Shown here: one piece after another, positions 17,113-25,372 of the stretch
How the letters are laid out: every line of letters starts with the position of its first letter
Position numbering within the stretch: the first letter of the stretch is position 1
From: an uncultured Oscillospiraceae bacterium
GTDB taxonomy: Bacteria > Bacillota > Clostridia > Saccharofermentanales > UBA5734
Assembly: GCA_964427795.1 (NCBI GenBank)
Contig: CAYRWC010000001.1
Location: forward strand, 1-28,339
Length of the DNA stretch: 28,339 nucleotides
Reading direction: 5' to 3'
Position numbers and translations under genes: made by a program
The notes under the pieces: generated by a model
Told to the model about the DNA's origin: nothing
Database searches by the model: none
Seen by the model: the letters and a program-made list of their open reading frames with translations, nothing else

Positions 17113-18051
17113 ATGATCAATAGTCTCGGTCAGATCGAAGATCTCGTCCGCGGCCGTCCTCCGGGACGAATCGCCGTGGCGGCGGCTCATGACGACCATG
17201 TCTTGCAGTCGGTTTATGAAGTATACCGAAAGGGCTATGCCCATCCGATTCTGATCGGCGATAAAGAGAAAATCCTGCGGCTGGCCGACCAGCTGTCTCT
17301 GGATGTTTCGCCTCTGCCGATGATCAAGGAACTGGATGAACGGAGAAGCGCGGATATCGCTGTAAATCTGGTCAATAACGACGAAGCGGACACCATCATG
17401 AAAGGACTTCTGCAGACGGCCGATCTGCTTAAGGCCGTACTGGAGCGCGAAAAAGGCTTGCGAGCCAATATGCTGATCAGTCATGTCGGGCTCTATGAAA
17501 TCGCCGGCTATCCCAAATTGCTTTTCATAACCGATGCCGGAATCAATATTGCTCCGGACTTGAAACAGAAAGTGGAAATCATCCGCAACGCTCTGGATGT
17601 GGCTCATGAATTAGGCATTGCCAAACCGAAAATAGCTGTTCTGGCCGCCGTGGAAACCGTCAATCCGGCGATGCCCAGCACGCTGGACGCGGCGGCTCTG
17701 GCCAAAATGGCGCAGCGTGGTCAGATAAGGGACTGCCTGATCGACGGCCCGCTGGCTCTGGACAATGCGATTGACCCCGCGGCGGCCGGGCACAAACAGA
17801 TTGTCAGCGAGGTTGCCGGCGATGCCGACATTCTCTTGGCGCCGGATATCGAAGCCGGCAATATCCTGGTCAAATCGCTGGTCTTTTTATATCATGCCCG
17901 TTCCTGCGGCATGATTACCGGCGCCCGCGTGCCCCTGATTGTCACTTCGCGCGCCGACAGCAGCGAAGCCAAGTATTATTCGATTTTGCTGGCTTTAGCC
18001 ATGCTGCGGCAGCCCGGCGCTGCCGACACGCAGAGAAGGGAGCTGTTGTAA
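17113..18051 (+). CDS. ptb: Phosphate butyryltransferase / branched-chain phosphotransacylase
   Basis: IAVAAA.D..VL, IMKGLLQTAD, ITDAGINIAP, IDGPLALDNAI, PDIEAGN.L.KS, LTSRADS-like VTSRADS. SD at 17101-17105 favours ATG 17113. Confidence 0.95.
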   Translation: MINSLGQIEDLVRGRPPGRIAVAAAHDDHVLQSVYEVYRKGYAHPILIGDKEKILRLADQLSLDVSPLPMIKELDERRSADIAVNLVNNDEADTIMKGLLQTADLLKAVLEREKGLRANMLISHVGLYEIAGYPKLLFITDAGINIAPDLKQKVEIIRNALDVAHELGIAKPKIAVLAAVETVNPAMPSTLDAAALAKMAQRGQIRDCLIDGPLALDNAIDPAAAGHKQIVSEVAGDADILLAPDIEAGNILVKSLVFLYHARSCGMITGARVPLIVTSRADSSEAKYYSILLALAMLRQPGAADTQRRELL

Positions 18052-18552
18052 ATGGCTGGTGCGAATAAAACCATTATTTCGGTCTGGGTCGAAGATAAAC
18101 CGGGTATCCTCTGGCATGTCACCCAGTTATTTGGCGAACAAAATTTCAACATCGAAAGCTTGGCTGTCGGCAGTACGGAAAAACCGGGCATTGCCCGCAT
18201 GACCATCATTGTGGCCGGCGATAACCGTGCCGTGGACGCCGTCCTGAATCAATTGAACCGCATGGCCGATCTGGTCAAGGTCAAACAGATCGACAATGAA
18301 GATTCGGTATCCATGGAGCTGGCTTTGGTTATGGTCGACGCTCCGGATGATAAGAAAACCGATATTATTAATCTGGTCAATGTTTTCCGCGCCCGCATTG
18401 TCGATGTGGCCAGCCGCTCCATGACTGTAGCGGTTGCCGGCGCGCCGGTCAAGCTTCAGGCCTTGATCGATCTGCTCAGGCCCTTCGGCATCCAGGAAAT
18501 CGTCCGTTCGGGCACGATTGCCATCGATCGCGGGAATAAAGAACGGCTTTAG
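18052..18552 (+). CDS. ilvN: Acetolactate synthase small (regulatory) subunit homologue, divergent, with no large subunit nearby
   Basis: ACT domain (NIESLAVG.TE.PG.ARMTI) plus ALS_ss_C (ELALV.V, FRARIVDVA, G...K.QALI.LL.PFGI.EIVRSG.IAI.RG). Confidence 0.88.
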   Translation: MAGANKTIISVWVEDKPGILWHVTQLFGEQNFNIESLAVGSTEKPGIARMTIIVAGDNRAVDAVLNQLNRMADLVKVKQIDNEDSVSMELALVMVDAPDDKKTDIINLVNVFRARIVDVASRSMTVAVAGAPVKLQALIDLLRPFGIQEIVRSGTIAIDRGNKERL

Positions 18553-18559
18553 CGGATGA

Positions 18560-19117
18560 TCATTCCGCGGGATAGTCGTTGATGATCGTGGCAGTCATGG
18601 GCTGCGGCTCTTCATTGATGTAGGCGTGGGGGGCAGACGCGTCGAAAGTCAGGGCGTCGCCGGCTTGCAGGATATGCCGTCTGCCGTTTATGTCCAGGAC
18701 CAGACTGCCGCTGCCGACCAGGATATATTCTCGGGATTTGTCCGTATGGCCGATCGATGTATAACTTGAATGAGGTTCCATATCGAGCCGGAACAATTCG
18801 AAGCTTCTGCGCAGAGCCGTTTGAAAATAGCAGGAAATGCGATATGTGCCGTCTTCGCTGCTTTGTTCCTGCGCATCGGCACGGGTGATAACCTGCGTGT
18901 CCGGTTGATGCTCGTCAATCAGCAGGGTATAAGGAACCTGCAATCCTTTGGCGATTTTCCAGATCGTGTTGATCGTCGGATTGGTATCGCCTTTCTCAAT
19001 CTGCGACAGAATGACTTTACTGACTTGAGCCAGCTCTGCCAGCCGGCTCAGGCTCAGATTGCGTTCCTGACGCAGCCGTTTTAAATTTTCCGCTATATTA
19101 GCGCCAATATTCTTCAT
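18560..19117 (-). CDS. XRE-family HTH plus cupin regulator (PuuR/SutR-like)
   Basis: IAENLKRLRQERNLSLSRLAE...SK..LSQIE.G.TNPTI.T.WKIA.GL; C-terminal cupin with EYI.V..G and H.Y.N. Confidence 0.93.
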   Translation of the reverse strand: MKNIGANIAENLKRLRQERNLSLSRLAELAQVSKVILSQIEKGDTNPTINTIWKIAKGLQVPYTLLIDEHQPDTQVITRADAQEQSSEDGTYRISCYFQTALRRSFELFRLDMEPHSSYTSIGHTDKSREYILVGSGSLVLDINGRRHILQAGDALTFDASAPHAYINEEPQPMTATIINDYPAE

Positions 19118-19136
19118 TTTCGCACCTTTTCATCTG

Positions 19137-19165
19137 TTGACAGAGATCGCGGTCCCTTGTAAGAT
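19137..19165 (+). promoter_or_regulatory. SigA promoter TTGACA-17-TAAGAT for azlCD
   Basis: Perfect -35 at 19137-19142, -10 at 19160-19165. Confidence 0.6.
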
Positions 19166-19256
19166 AGACACGATCATAAAATATACCGTTACGATCGTTT
19201 ACTATATTGTACAGCAAGCGATGGAACCCGGCAAGCGCCCGGTGAGGAGGATCTGC

Positions 19257-19979
19257 TTGACTAAACGGACAAAGCTGCTCGAAGCCCTGAAGGCGGCATT
19301 CCCCAAAACCCTGCCGGTTTTAGCCGGTTTTGCTTTTCTGGGCATGGCATACGGCATCTTGATGAGTGCGAAAGGTTACGGCGCGGCGTGGCCGTTCCTC
19401 ATCAGCGTGACAGCATTTTGCGGCAGCATGCAGTTTGTCGCCATAACGCTGCTGACCGGCGCTTTTAATCCCTGGCTGGCTTTGGCCTTAACCCTGGTTG
19501 TCAATGCCCGGCATCTGTTTTACGGTATCTCGCTGCTGAACCGTTATAAAGGTCTGGGCCGGCTGAAACCTTTTTTGATTTTTACCCTTTGTGATGAAAC
19601 CTTTTCTCTGGTCTGCAATACGGATGTACCCAAAGATATCGACCGCGGCGCATTTTATTTTTTTATATCGCTGCTTGATTATAGTTATTGGGTTATTGGT
19701 TCTCTGGTTGGCGGTCTGGCCGGCAGCCTGTTTCAAATTAAAATCCAGGGCCTCGATTTTGTCTTGACCGCCTTGTTTGCGGTGATTTTTCTGGATCAGT
19801 GGCAAAAACGGCAAAATCGTCCGGCAGCTGCCGTCGGTATTGCCGGAGCAGCGCTATGTCTTCTGATTTTCGGACCGAACCGCTTTATGATCCCGGCTTT
19901 GCTGCTGATTACCCTGACCCTTTATTTCGGCGGGCGGAAATTCGATAAACAACAAATAGAGGAGGCCGGGAAATTATGA
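19257..19979 (+). CDS. azlC: AzlC branched-chain amino acid exporter permease
   Basis: P.LAGF.FLG.AYG, F.GSMQF, VNARHLFYG, F.L.DETFS; GAGGAGG SD before TTG 19257. Confidence 0.93.
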   Translation: MTKRTKLLEALKAAFPKTLPVLAGFAFLGMAYGILMSAKGYGAAWPFLISVTAFCGSMQFVAITLLTGAFNPWLALALTLVVNARHLFYGISLLNRYKGLGRLKPFLIFTLCDETFSLVCNTDVPKDIDRGAFYFFISLLDYSYWVIGSLVGGLAGSLFQIKIQGLDFVLTALFAVIFLDQWQKRQNRPAAAVGIAGAALCLLIFGPNRFMIPALLLITLTLYFGGRKFDKQQIEEAGKL

Positions 19980-20305
19980 CGCTGTCTCCTTTAGAAACAA
20001 TCCTGACCATCGCTGTGATTACCGCCGGCACCATGGCGACCCGGTTCCTGCCATTTTTGATTTTCCCGGAAAACAAACCGGTTCCGAAGGCTGTCGCTTA
20101 TTTAGGCCGGACTCTGCCATGCGCCATGGCCGGCTTTCTGGTTGTCTACTGCCTGAAAAATGTATCCGTGCTGACGGCACCCTTCGGTTTGCCTGAAACC
20201 GCGGCTTTGATCTGTCTTGCCGCCCTGCATTTGTGGAAACATAACGCCCTGCTCAGCATCGGCGTCGGCACCGCCGTGTATTGCCTGCTCATCGGCGTCG
20301 TTTAG
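19976..20305 (+). CDS. azlD: AzlD branched-chain amino acid exporter small subunit
   Basis: T.ATRFLPF, YLG..LP.A....LVVYCL, HLWK.N.LLSI..GT; ATGA overlap with azlC. Confidence 0.93.
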   Translation: MTLSPLETILTIAVITAGTMATRFLPFLIFPENKPVPKAVAYLGRTLPCAMAGFLVVYCLKNVSVLTAPFGLPETAALICLAALHLWKHNALLSIGVGTAVYCLLIGVV

Positions 20306-20362
20306 CCGACACCGCGAAACCTGCGCCGGTCGGACGGGAAAGAATCCTTGCGGTGACCTTCC

Positions 20363-22309
20363 TTAACCGACAGTCTCAAACTGGCTGTTATACAAGTCTG
20401 CATAAAAGCCGTTGGCAGCTAAAAGACCGGCATGGCTGCCTTGTTCGACAATATCGCCGTCGCGCATGACCAGGATCAGATCGGCGTCACGAATCGTCGA
20501 GAGGCGATGGGCGATGATAAAGCTGGTGCGGCCTTTCATCAAGCGAACCATAGCTTTCTGGATCAGGACTTCCGTACGGGTGTCGACGGAACTGGTGGCT
20601 TCGTCGAGAATCAAAATTTTTGGATCGGCCAAGACGGCGCGGGCAATGGTCAGCAGCTGCTTTTGACCTTGCGAGATATTGCTGGCCTCTTCATTGAGAA
20701 CCAGGTCATAGCCGTGCGGCAAGGTATGAATAAAATGATCGGCGTAGGCGGCGCGGGCCGCGGCAACGACTTCGTCGTCAGTGGCGTTGAGGCGTCCATA
20801 ACGGATGTTGTCACGGATTGTGCCGTTAAACAGCCAGGTATCCTGAAGCACCATGCCAAATTGGCTGCGCAGGTCGGAACGGCTGAAGATCTTGATATCC
20901 GTATCGTCGAGGCGGATGCTGCCGCTGTTGACATCGTAAAAGCGCATGAGCAATTTTACCATGGTTGTTTTGCCGGCGCCGGTCGGGCCGACAATGGCTA
21001 TTTTTTGGCCGGGGCGGATTTGCGCGGAGAAGTCGTGAATAATGATTTTTTCCGGCAGATAGCCAAAATGGACATGATCGAACGACACGGCGCCGGATAA
21101 ATTCTTGACGGATGCCGGTTCCGCAATGTCGGGTTTCTCCTCGGTTTCACCAAGAAATTCGAATACACGCTCGGCGGCAGCCATCGTCGATTGCAGGACA
21201 TTGGCTATGCTGGCTACTTGTGATATCGGTTGAGTGAAAGACCGGATATATTGAATGAAAGCCTGGATGTCTCCGACGCTGATTGCCCCGCGGATGGAAA
21301 GCCAGCCGCCGAGAATACAGACCGCGACATAACCGATGTTGCCGATAAAGGTCATGACCGGCATCATCATGCCGGATAAAAACTGCGATTTCCAGGCCGA
21401 ATCATAGAGCTGCTCATTTAAGGCGCTGAATTTCCGGATCGATTGTTCCTCGCCGTTATAAGCCTTCATGACCAGATGGCCGCCGTACAATTCTTCAACA
21501 TGACCGTTGACATGGCCTAAAACCGTTTGCTGGCTGATAAAGAATTTTTGCGACTTCTTCACGACAAAGGTGACCAGAAACGCGGAAACCGGGAGGATGA
21601 GAAGAGAGGCCAATGTCATTTGCCAACTGATCGAAAACATCATAATCAGGACGCCGATCAAGGTTGTCAACGATGAAACGATCTGAGCCAGGCTTTGATT
21701 CAGCGTGTTGCTGACCGTATCGACATCGTTGGTCACCCTGGACAAAACTTCTCCATGGGTCTGGTTATCAAAATAGCTCAACGGCAGGCGGTTGATTTTC
21801 AACGATATGTCGCGGCGAAAACGATAACTGATTTTCATGGCCAGGCCGGACATGATGAAACCCTGAATATAATTAAAAACAGCGCTGACGGCATAGAGTC
21901 CAATCAGCCAGAGAATGATGTTGCCGATATAGGAAAAATCGATCGACGCACCGGCGACACCGCTTAATTTGGCTATAACGCCTTCAAATAAACGGGTTAT
22001 GGCACGGCCGAGTATTTTAGGGCCGATGATCGCGAAGACGGTGCTGCCGACAGCGAAGATCAGAACGATGATAATCGATATCCAGTATGGTTTCAGAAAT
22101 TGAAGCAGAGTCCGCATGGTTCCCTTGAAATCGCGGGCTTTTTCTCCGGGCATCATGCCATGGCCGCCCGGGCCTGGACCGGGTCCGGGGCCGGAGCCGG
22201 GGCCGGGTCTGCGCATTGCGCCGCCGGGCTGGCGCAGACGACCGGATTTATCGGATGGAGCCGGCTGAATGTCTTGAGTCTTTTCCTGCTTGTTCAACCT
22301 TTTGCTCAT
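20363..22309 (-). CDS. Heterodimeric ABC exporter subunit B (TMD+NBD, consensus Walker B; TM288/EfrD-like)
   Basis: GPTGAGKTT, ISQGQKQL, ILILDEATSSVD, IAHRL. SD GAGGAGG before ATG 22309; ATGA overlap with subunit A. Confidence 0.95.
   Translation of the reverse strand: MSKRLNKQEKTQDIQPAPSDKSGRLRQPGGAMRRPGPGSGPGPGPGPGGHGMMPGEKARDFKGTMRTLLQFLKPYWISIIIVLIFAVGSTVFAIIGPKILGRAITRLFEGVIAKLSGVAGASIDFSYIGNIILWLIGLYAVSAVFNYIQGFIMSGLAMKISYRFRRDISLKINRLPLSYFDNQTHGEVLSRVTNDVDTVSNTLNQSLAQIVSSLTTLIGVLIMMFSISWQMTLASLLILPVSAFLVTFVVKKSQKFFISQQTVLGHVNGHVEELYGGHLVMKAYNGEEQSIRKFSALNEQLYDSAWKSQFLSGMMMPVMTFIGNIGYVAVCILGGWLSIRGAISVGDIQAFIQYIRSFTQPISQVASIANVLQSTMAAAERVFEFLGETEEKPDIAEPASVKNLSGAVSFDHVHFGYLPEKIIIHDFSAQIRPGQKIAIVGPTGAGKTTMVKLLMRFYDVNSGSIRLDDTDIKIFSRSDLRSQFGMVLQDTWLFNGTIRDNIRYGRLNATDDEVVAAARAAYADHFIHTLPHGYDLVLNEEASNISQGQKQLLTIARAVLADPKILILDEATSSVDTRTEVLIQKAMVRLMKGRTSFIIAHRLSTIRDADLILVMRDGDIVEQGSHAGLLAANGFYADLYNSQFETVG
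22168..22210 (-). repeat. Coding (Pro-Gly)n repeat, RRPGPGSGPGPGPGPGG
   Basis: Imperfect hexamer repeat in the subunit B N-terminus. Confidence 0.8.
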
Positions 22310-24543
22310 AAAGCCAATTCCTCCTCGGATAACTGCGACGAGGCGATTTCCAGATATACAGGGCAAGACTTCAGCAGCTCGTCGTGCGTTCCTTTGCCGA
22401 CAATCTGCCCCTGATCAAGAACAATGATCTGATCGGCATGACGGATGGTGCCGATGCGCTGGGCGACAATCAGTACGGTGGCGTGCCCTGTCTGCTGGCG
22501 CAGCGCCTTGCGCAGAGCGGCATCCGTTTGATAGTCCAGAGCGGAAAAGGTATCGTCGAATATATAAATTTCCGGCCGTTTGATGAGCGCGCGGGCAATG
22601 GACAGCCGTTGTTTCTGTCCGCCGGATACATTGGCGCCGCCCTGGGAGATCGGCGTATCGAATCCGGCTTCGCCGGCTTCAATGAAATCCAGGGCCTGGG
22701 CGGTCTGCGCCGCCTGCCGGGTTTCATCGGGACTGGCTTCCGGCCGTCCGTAGCGGATGTTATCCCGGATCGAGCCCGTGAAAAGGACGCCTTTTTGCGC
22801 CACATAACCGATTCTTTCCCGCAAATCATGCTGCCGGACCTGGCGGACGTCAACGCCGTCGATCAGAATCCGGCCGTCGGTTACGTCGTAAAAGCGGGGA
22901 ATCAGATTGACGACGGTCGATTTGCCGCAGCCGGTGCTGCCGATCAACGCCGTTGTTTCTCCGGGCTGGGCCGTGAAAGTGATGTCGGTTAAAACATCGT
23001 CGTCGGCGTTCGGGTAACGGAAATATACATGATCGAAAACCACCTTGCCCCGTTCGGCCGGATCAAAAGGCAGTACGGTTTCGGGATCGTTGATTTGCGG
23101 TTTGACCGCCAGCACTTCGGCAATCCGCTGCCCGGATACGCTGGCGCGCGGCAGCATGATGAAGATGATGGAAATCATGAGAAACGACATGATGATCTGC
23201 ATGGAATACTGCATAAAGGCCATGATGTCGCCGACCTGCATGGAACCCGTGTCAACCTGCCCGGCGCCGACCCAAACAATCAGAAGCGTTATGCCGTTCA
23301 TGATCAGCATCATCAAGGGCATGAGCAAAGCCATCAGACGGCTGATAAAAAGGTTGATCCGGGTCAGGTCCTGGTTGGCGGTATCGAATTTTTCCTCCTG
23401 ATGGCGCTGCGTGTTGAAAGCGCGGATTACCATCATGCCCGTAAGAATTTCCCGTGTAACGAGGTTTAGCCGGTCGACGAGCTTCTGCACCTGTTTAAAT
23501 CGGGGAATGGCGACAAAAAACAAGACGATGATCAGGGTCATCAGGATCGCTACGGCCAACGCTATGATCCAGCCCATGGATATGTCGCTGTTGATGACCT
23601 TAATGACGCCGCCTGTTCCCAAAATGGGAGCATAAAACAATATGCGCAGCAGCATGACCAGTGTCATCTGGACTTGCTGAATATCATTTGTGGAACGCGT
23701 GATCAAGGATGCGGTGGAAAAGGTGTCAAATTCGGCACTGGAAAAATGCTCGACTTGGGAAAAGACCGCCAGACGGAGATTGCGCGACAGGCCGGCGGCG
23801 ACACGGGCGGCCAGCAGTCCGACCAGAATCGAGCACACGGCGCCGATCAAGGCGATCAGCAGCATGATGCCGCCTGTCCGGAGGACATAGCGCGATTGAA
23901 TCGCGGCGACATCCAGACCGATTGCCTTATACTCCGACGATATCCGCGATATGGCCGTCTGGAGTATCGTGCTGTCCGTCAGGCCGGCCATCTTTTCTCC
24001 GGCTTGATCCAGCATCTGCTGCCGCTGGGCTGCCGGAAGCTGAGCCAGAATTTTGAAGATGTCGGAACCGGCCGGCAGATTGGCCAGCATGGAACTGTCG
24101 CCGATACCCGATGAACCGTTTTCCTGAATTTGTTCGATTGCCGAAAGCATAGTCAGCGCTTTGGCCAGCGCCGCCGACGCCGAATCGCTGATTGCGGCAT
24201 CCGGTTTCAGGGCGTATAACGGCTCTTCGGCAAGAAGCGGGTATTGCCCGAGTGCTGTTTCATAAGCCTGGGGCGACATTTGCGTACGGTCAAGCAAAGT
24301 CATGCCGGCCTTGATTTCATCAGCGTCGTCCGCAGGCAGCAAAAGCTGCAGATGCTCCATGACCGATTGGCGCAGAACGGTGGGAACCGGCTGATCGATG
24401 CCGTTCTGCTGGATGCCGACATTAACGATGTTCGACATATAATCCGGCAATTCCAGATCGGTCATGGCCTGGAGAAACAACAAAGCAAATATCAACAAAA
24501 TCGCACCGATAAAAGGCCGTAAATATCGGACCAGTCTTAACAT
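22306..24543 (-). CDS. Heterodimeric ABC exporter subunit A (degenerate NBD; TM287/EfrC-like) with a large extracytoplasmic loop
   Basis: GSTGCGKST, VSGGQKQR, Walker B IFDD (E to D), H-switch VAQR (H to Q). AAGGAGG SD before ATG 24543. Confidence 0.95.
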   Translation of the reverse strand: MLRLVRYLRPFIGAILLIFALLFLQAMTDLELPDYMSNIVNVGIQQNGIDQPVPTVLRQSVMEHLQLLLPADDADEIKAGMTLLDRTQMSPQAYETALGQYPLLAEEPLYALKPDAAISDSASAALAKALTMLSAIEQIQENGSSGIGDSSMLANLPAGSDIFKILAQLPAAQRQQMLDQAGEKMAGLTDSTILQTAISRISSEYKAIGLDVAAIQSRYVLRTGGIMLLIALIGAVCSILVGLLAARVAAGLSRNLRLAVFSQVEHFSSAEFDTFSTASLITRSTNDIQQVQMTLVMLLRILFYAPILGTGGVIKVINSDISMGWIIALAVAILMTLIIVLFFVAIPRFKQVQKLVDRLNLVTREILTGMMVIRAFNTQRHQEEKFDTANQDLTRINLFISRLMALLMPLMMLIMNGITLLIVWVGAGQVDTGSMQVGDIMAFMQYSMQIIMSFLMISIIFIMLPRASVSGQRIAEVLAVKPQINDPETVLPFDPAERGKVVFDHVYFRYPNADDDVLTDITFTAQPGETTALIGSTGCGKSTVVNLIPRFYDVTDGRILIDGVDVRQVRQHDLRERIGYVAQKGVLFTGSIRDNIRYGRPEASPDETRQAAQTAQALDFIEAGEAGFDTPISQGGANVSGGQKQRLSIARALIKRPEIYIFDDTFSALDYQTDAALRKALRQQTGHATVLIVAQRIGTIRHADQIIVLDQGQIVGKGTHDELLKSCPVYLEIASSQLSEEELAL

Positions 24544-24721
24544 ATATAAAGGTCCTCCTTCAGGAGCTGCTGCGGGGGCAGCCGCGTCGTTTGACAGTGT
24601 CGGCAATTGCCTGCCGCTGCCGGAAAGGCTTTTGTGTGAGTAATTATACTGCAACATACCGGAATCTGCTTGGATTATTGTGGCGAGTTTTTGAACAAAT
24701 ATGAAATTTGCGGTGGGGGGC

Positions 24722-24750
24722 TTCGCAAATCGTTGAATTCGTGATATGAT
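24722..24750 (+). promoter_or_regulatory. Promoter TTCGCA-17-(TGa)TATGAT for the HD-permease pair
   Basis: Extended -10 at 24742-24750; GAGGAG SD at 24767-24772 follows. Confidence 0.45.
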
Positions 24751-24783
24751 CAGAGCTGATTTTATTGAGGAGCTGATCCAATT

Positions 24784-25359
24784 TTGAGTTTATTAAGAGA
24801 AGTGTTCCATTCACAAAAAAAGCAGTTGAAACACCGCCAGCTGCAGGTTGAATATAATTCGTATGTTGCCGATCTGATGAACCATCCCAAGGTCCGCCAG
24901 ATGGATTTTTATCCGCATCATGCATCGGTGACTTGTCTGGAGCATTGTCTTTCCGTATCATATTACAGTTACCGCCTGAGCCGGAAAATGAAGCTGAACG
25001 CCCGTTCCGCCGCCCGCAGCGGTTTACTGCATGACCTTTATCTTTATGACTGGCATATCAATCATCCGGTACCGGGCTTGCACGGCCTGACTCATCCGCA
25101 AACCGCGCTGGATAATGCCCGCCGTTACTTTGAACTCAGTTCCGGCGAAGAAGACGCGATCCTCTGCCATATGTGGCCTCTGACCTTCAAAATGCCGCGG
25201 ACAAGGGAATCCTGGATGATCTGCCTGATGGACAAATACTGCGCGTTAATTGAAGTTTTCCGTTTAAGCAGCCATTTAAAGCTTTATCCGCATAACGCGA
25301 ACGGCCGTTTGGCTTCCGAGCAAAGCTGGCGCAATGTCCTGAAAGAAAATCTGATATAG
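24784..25359 (+). CDS. HD-domain metal-dependent phosphohydrolase
   Basis: H...CLEH..SVSY, GLLHDLYLYDW, HG.THP..AL, ILCHMWPL, C.MDK; TTG start with SD. Confidence 0.9.
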   Translation: MSLLREVFHSQKKQLKHRQLQVEYNSYVADLMNHPKVRQMDFYPHHASVTCLEHCLSVSYYSYRLSRKMKLNARSAARSGLLHDLYLYDWHINHPVPGLHGLTHPQTALDNARRYFELSSGEEDAILCHMWPLTFKMPRTRESWMICLMDKYCALIEVFRLSSHLKLYPHNANGRLASEQSWRNVLKENLI

Positions 25360-25372
25360 CGTCCGGATTGCT

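Noticed and set aside
20412-24522. Long plus-strand ORFs antisense to the ABC genes, and similar antisense ORFs over GH38 and metG
   Set aside because: These are shadow ORFs typical of GC-rich coding strands, with no SD or independent motifs.
24544-24740. GC-rich hairpins and palindromes (GGCAATTGCC, ATTTGCG/CGCAAAT) upstream of the ABC and HD genes
   Set aside because: Short, with no U-tract and no match to a riboswitch I recognise; could arise by chance at this GC content.
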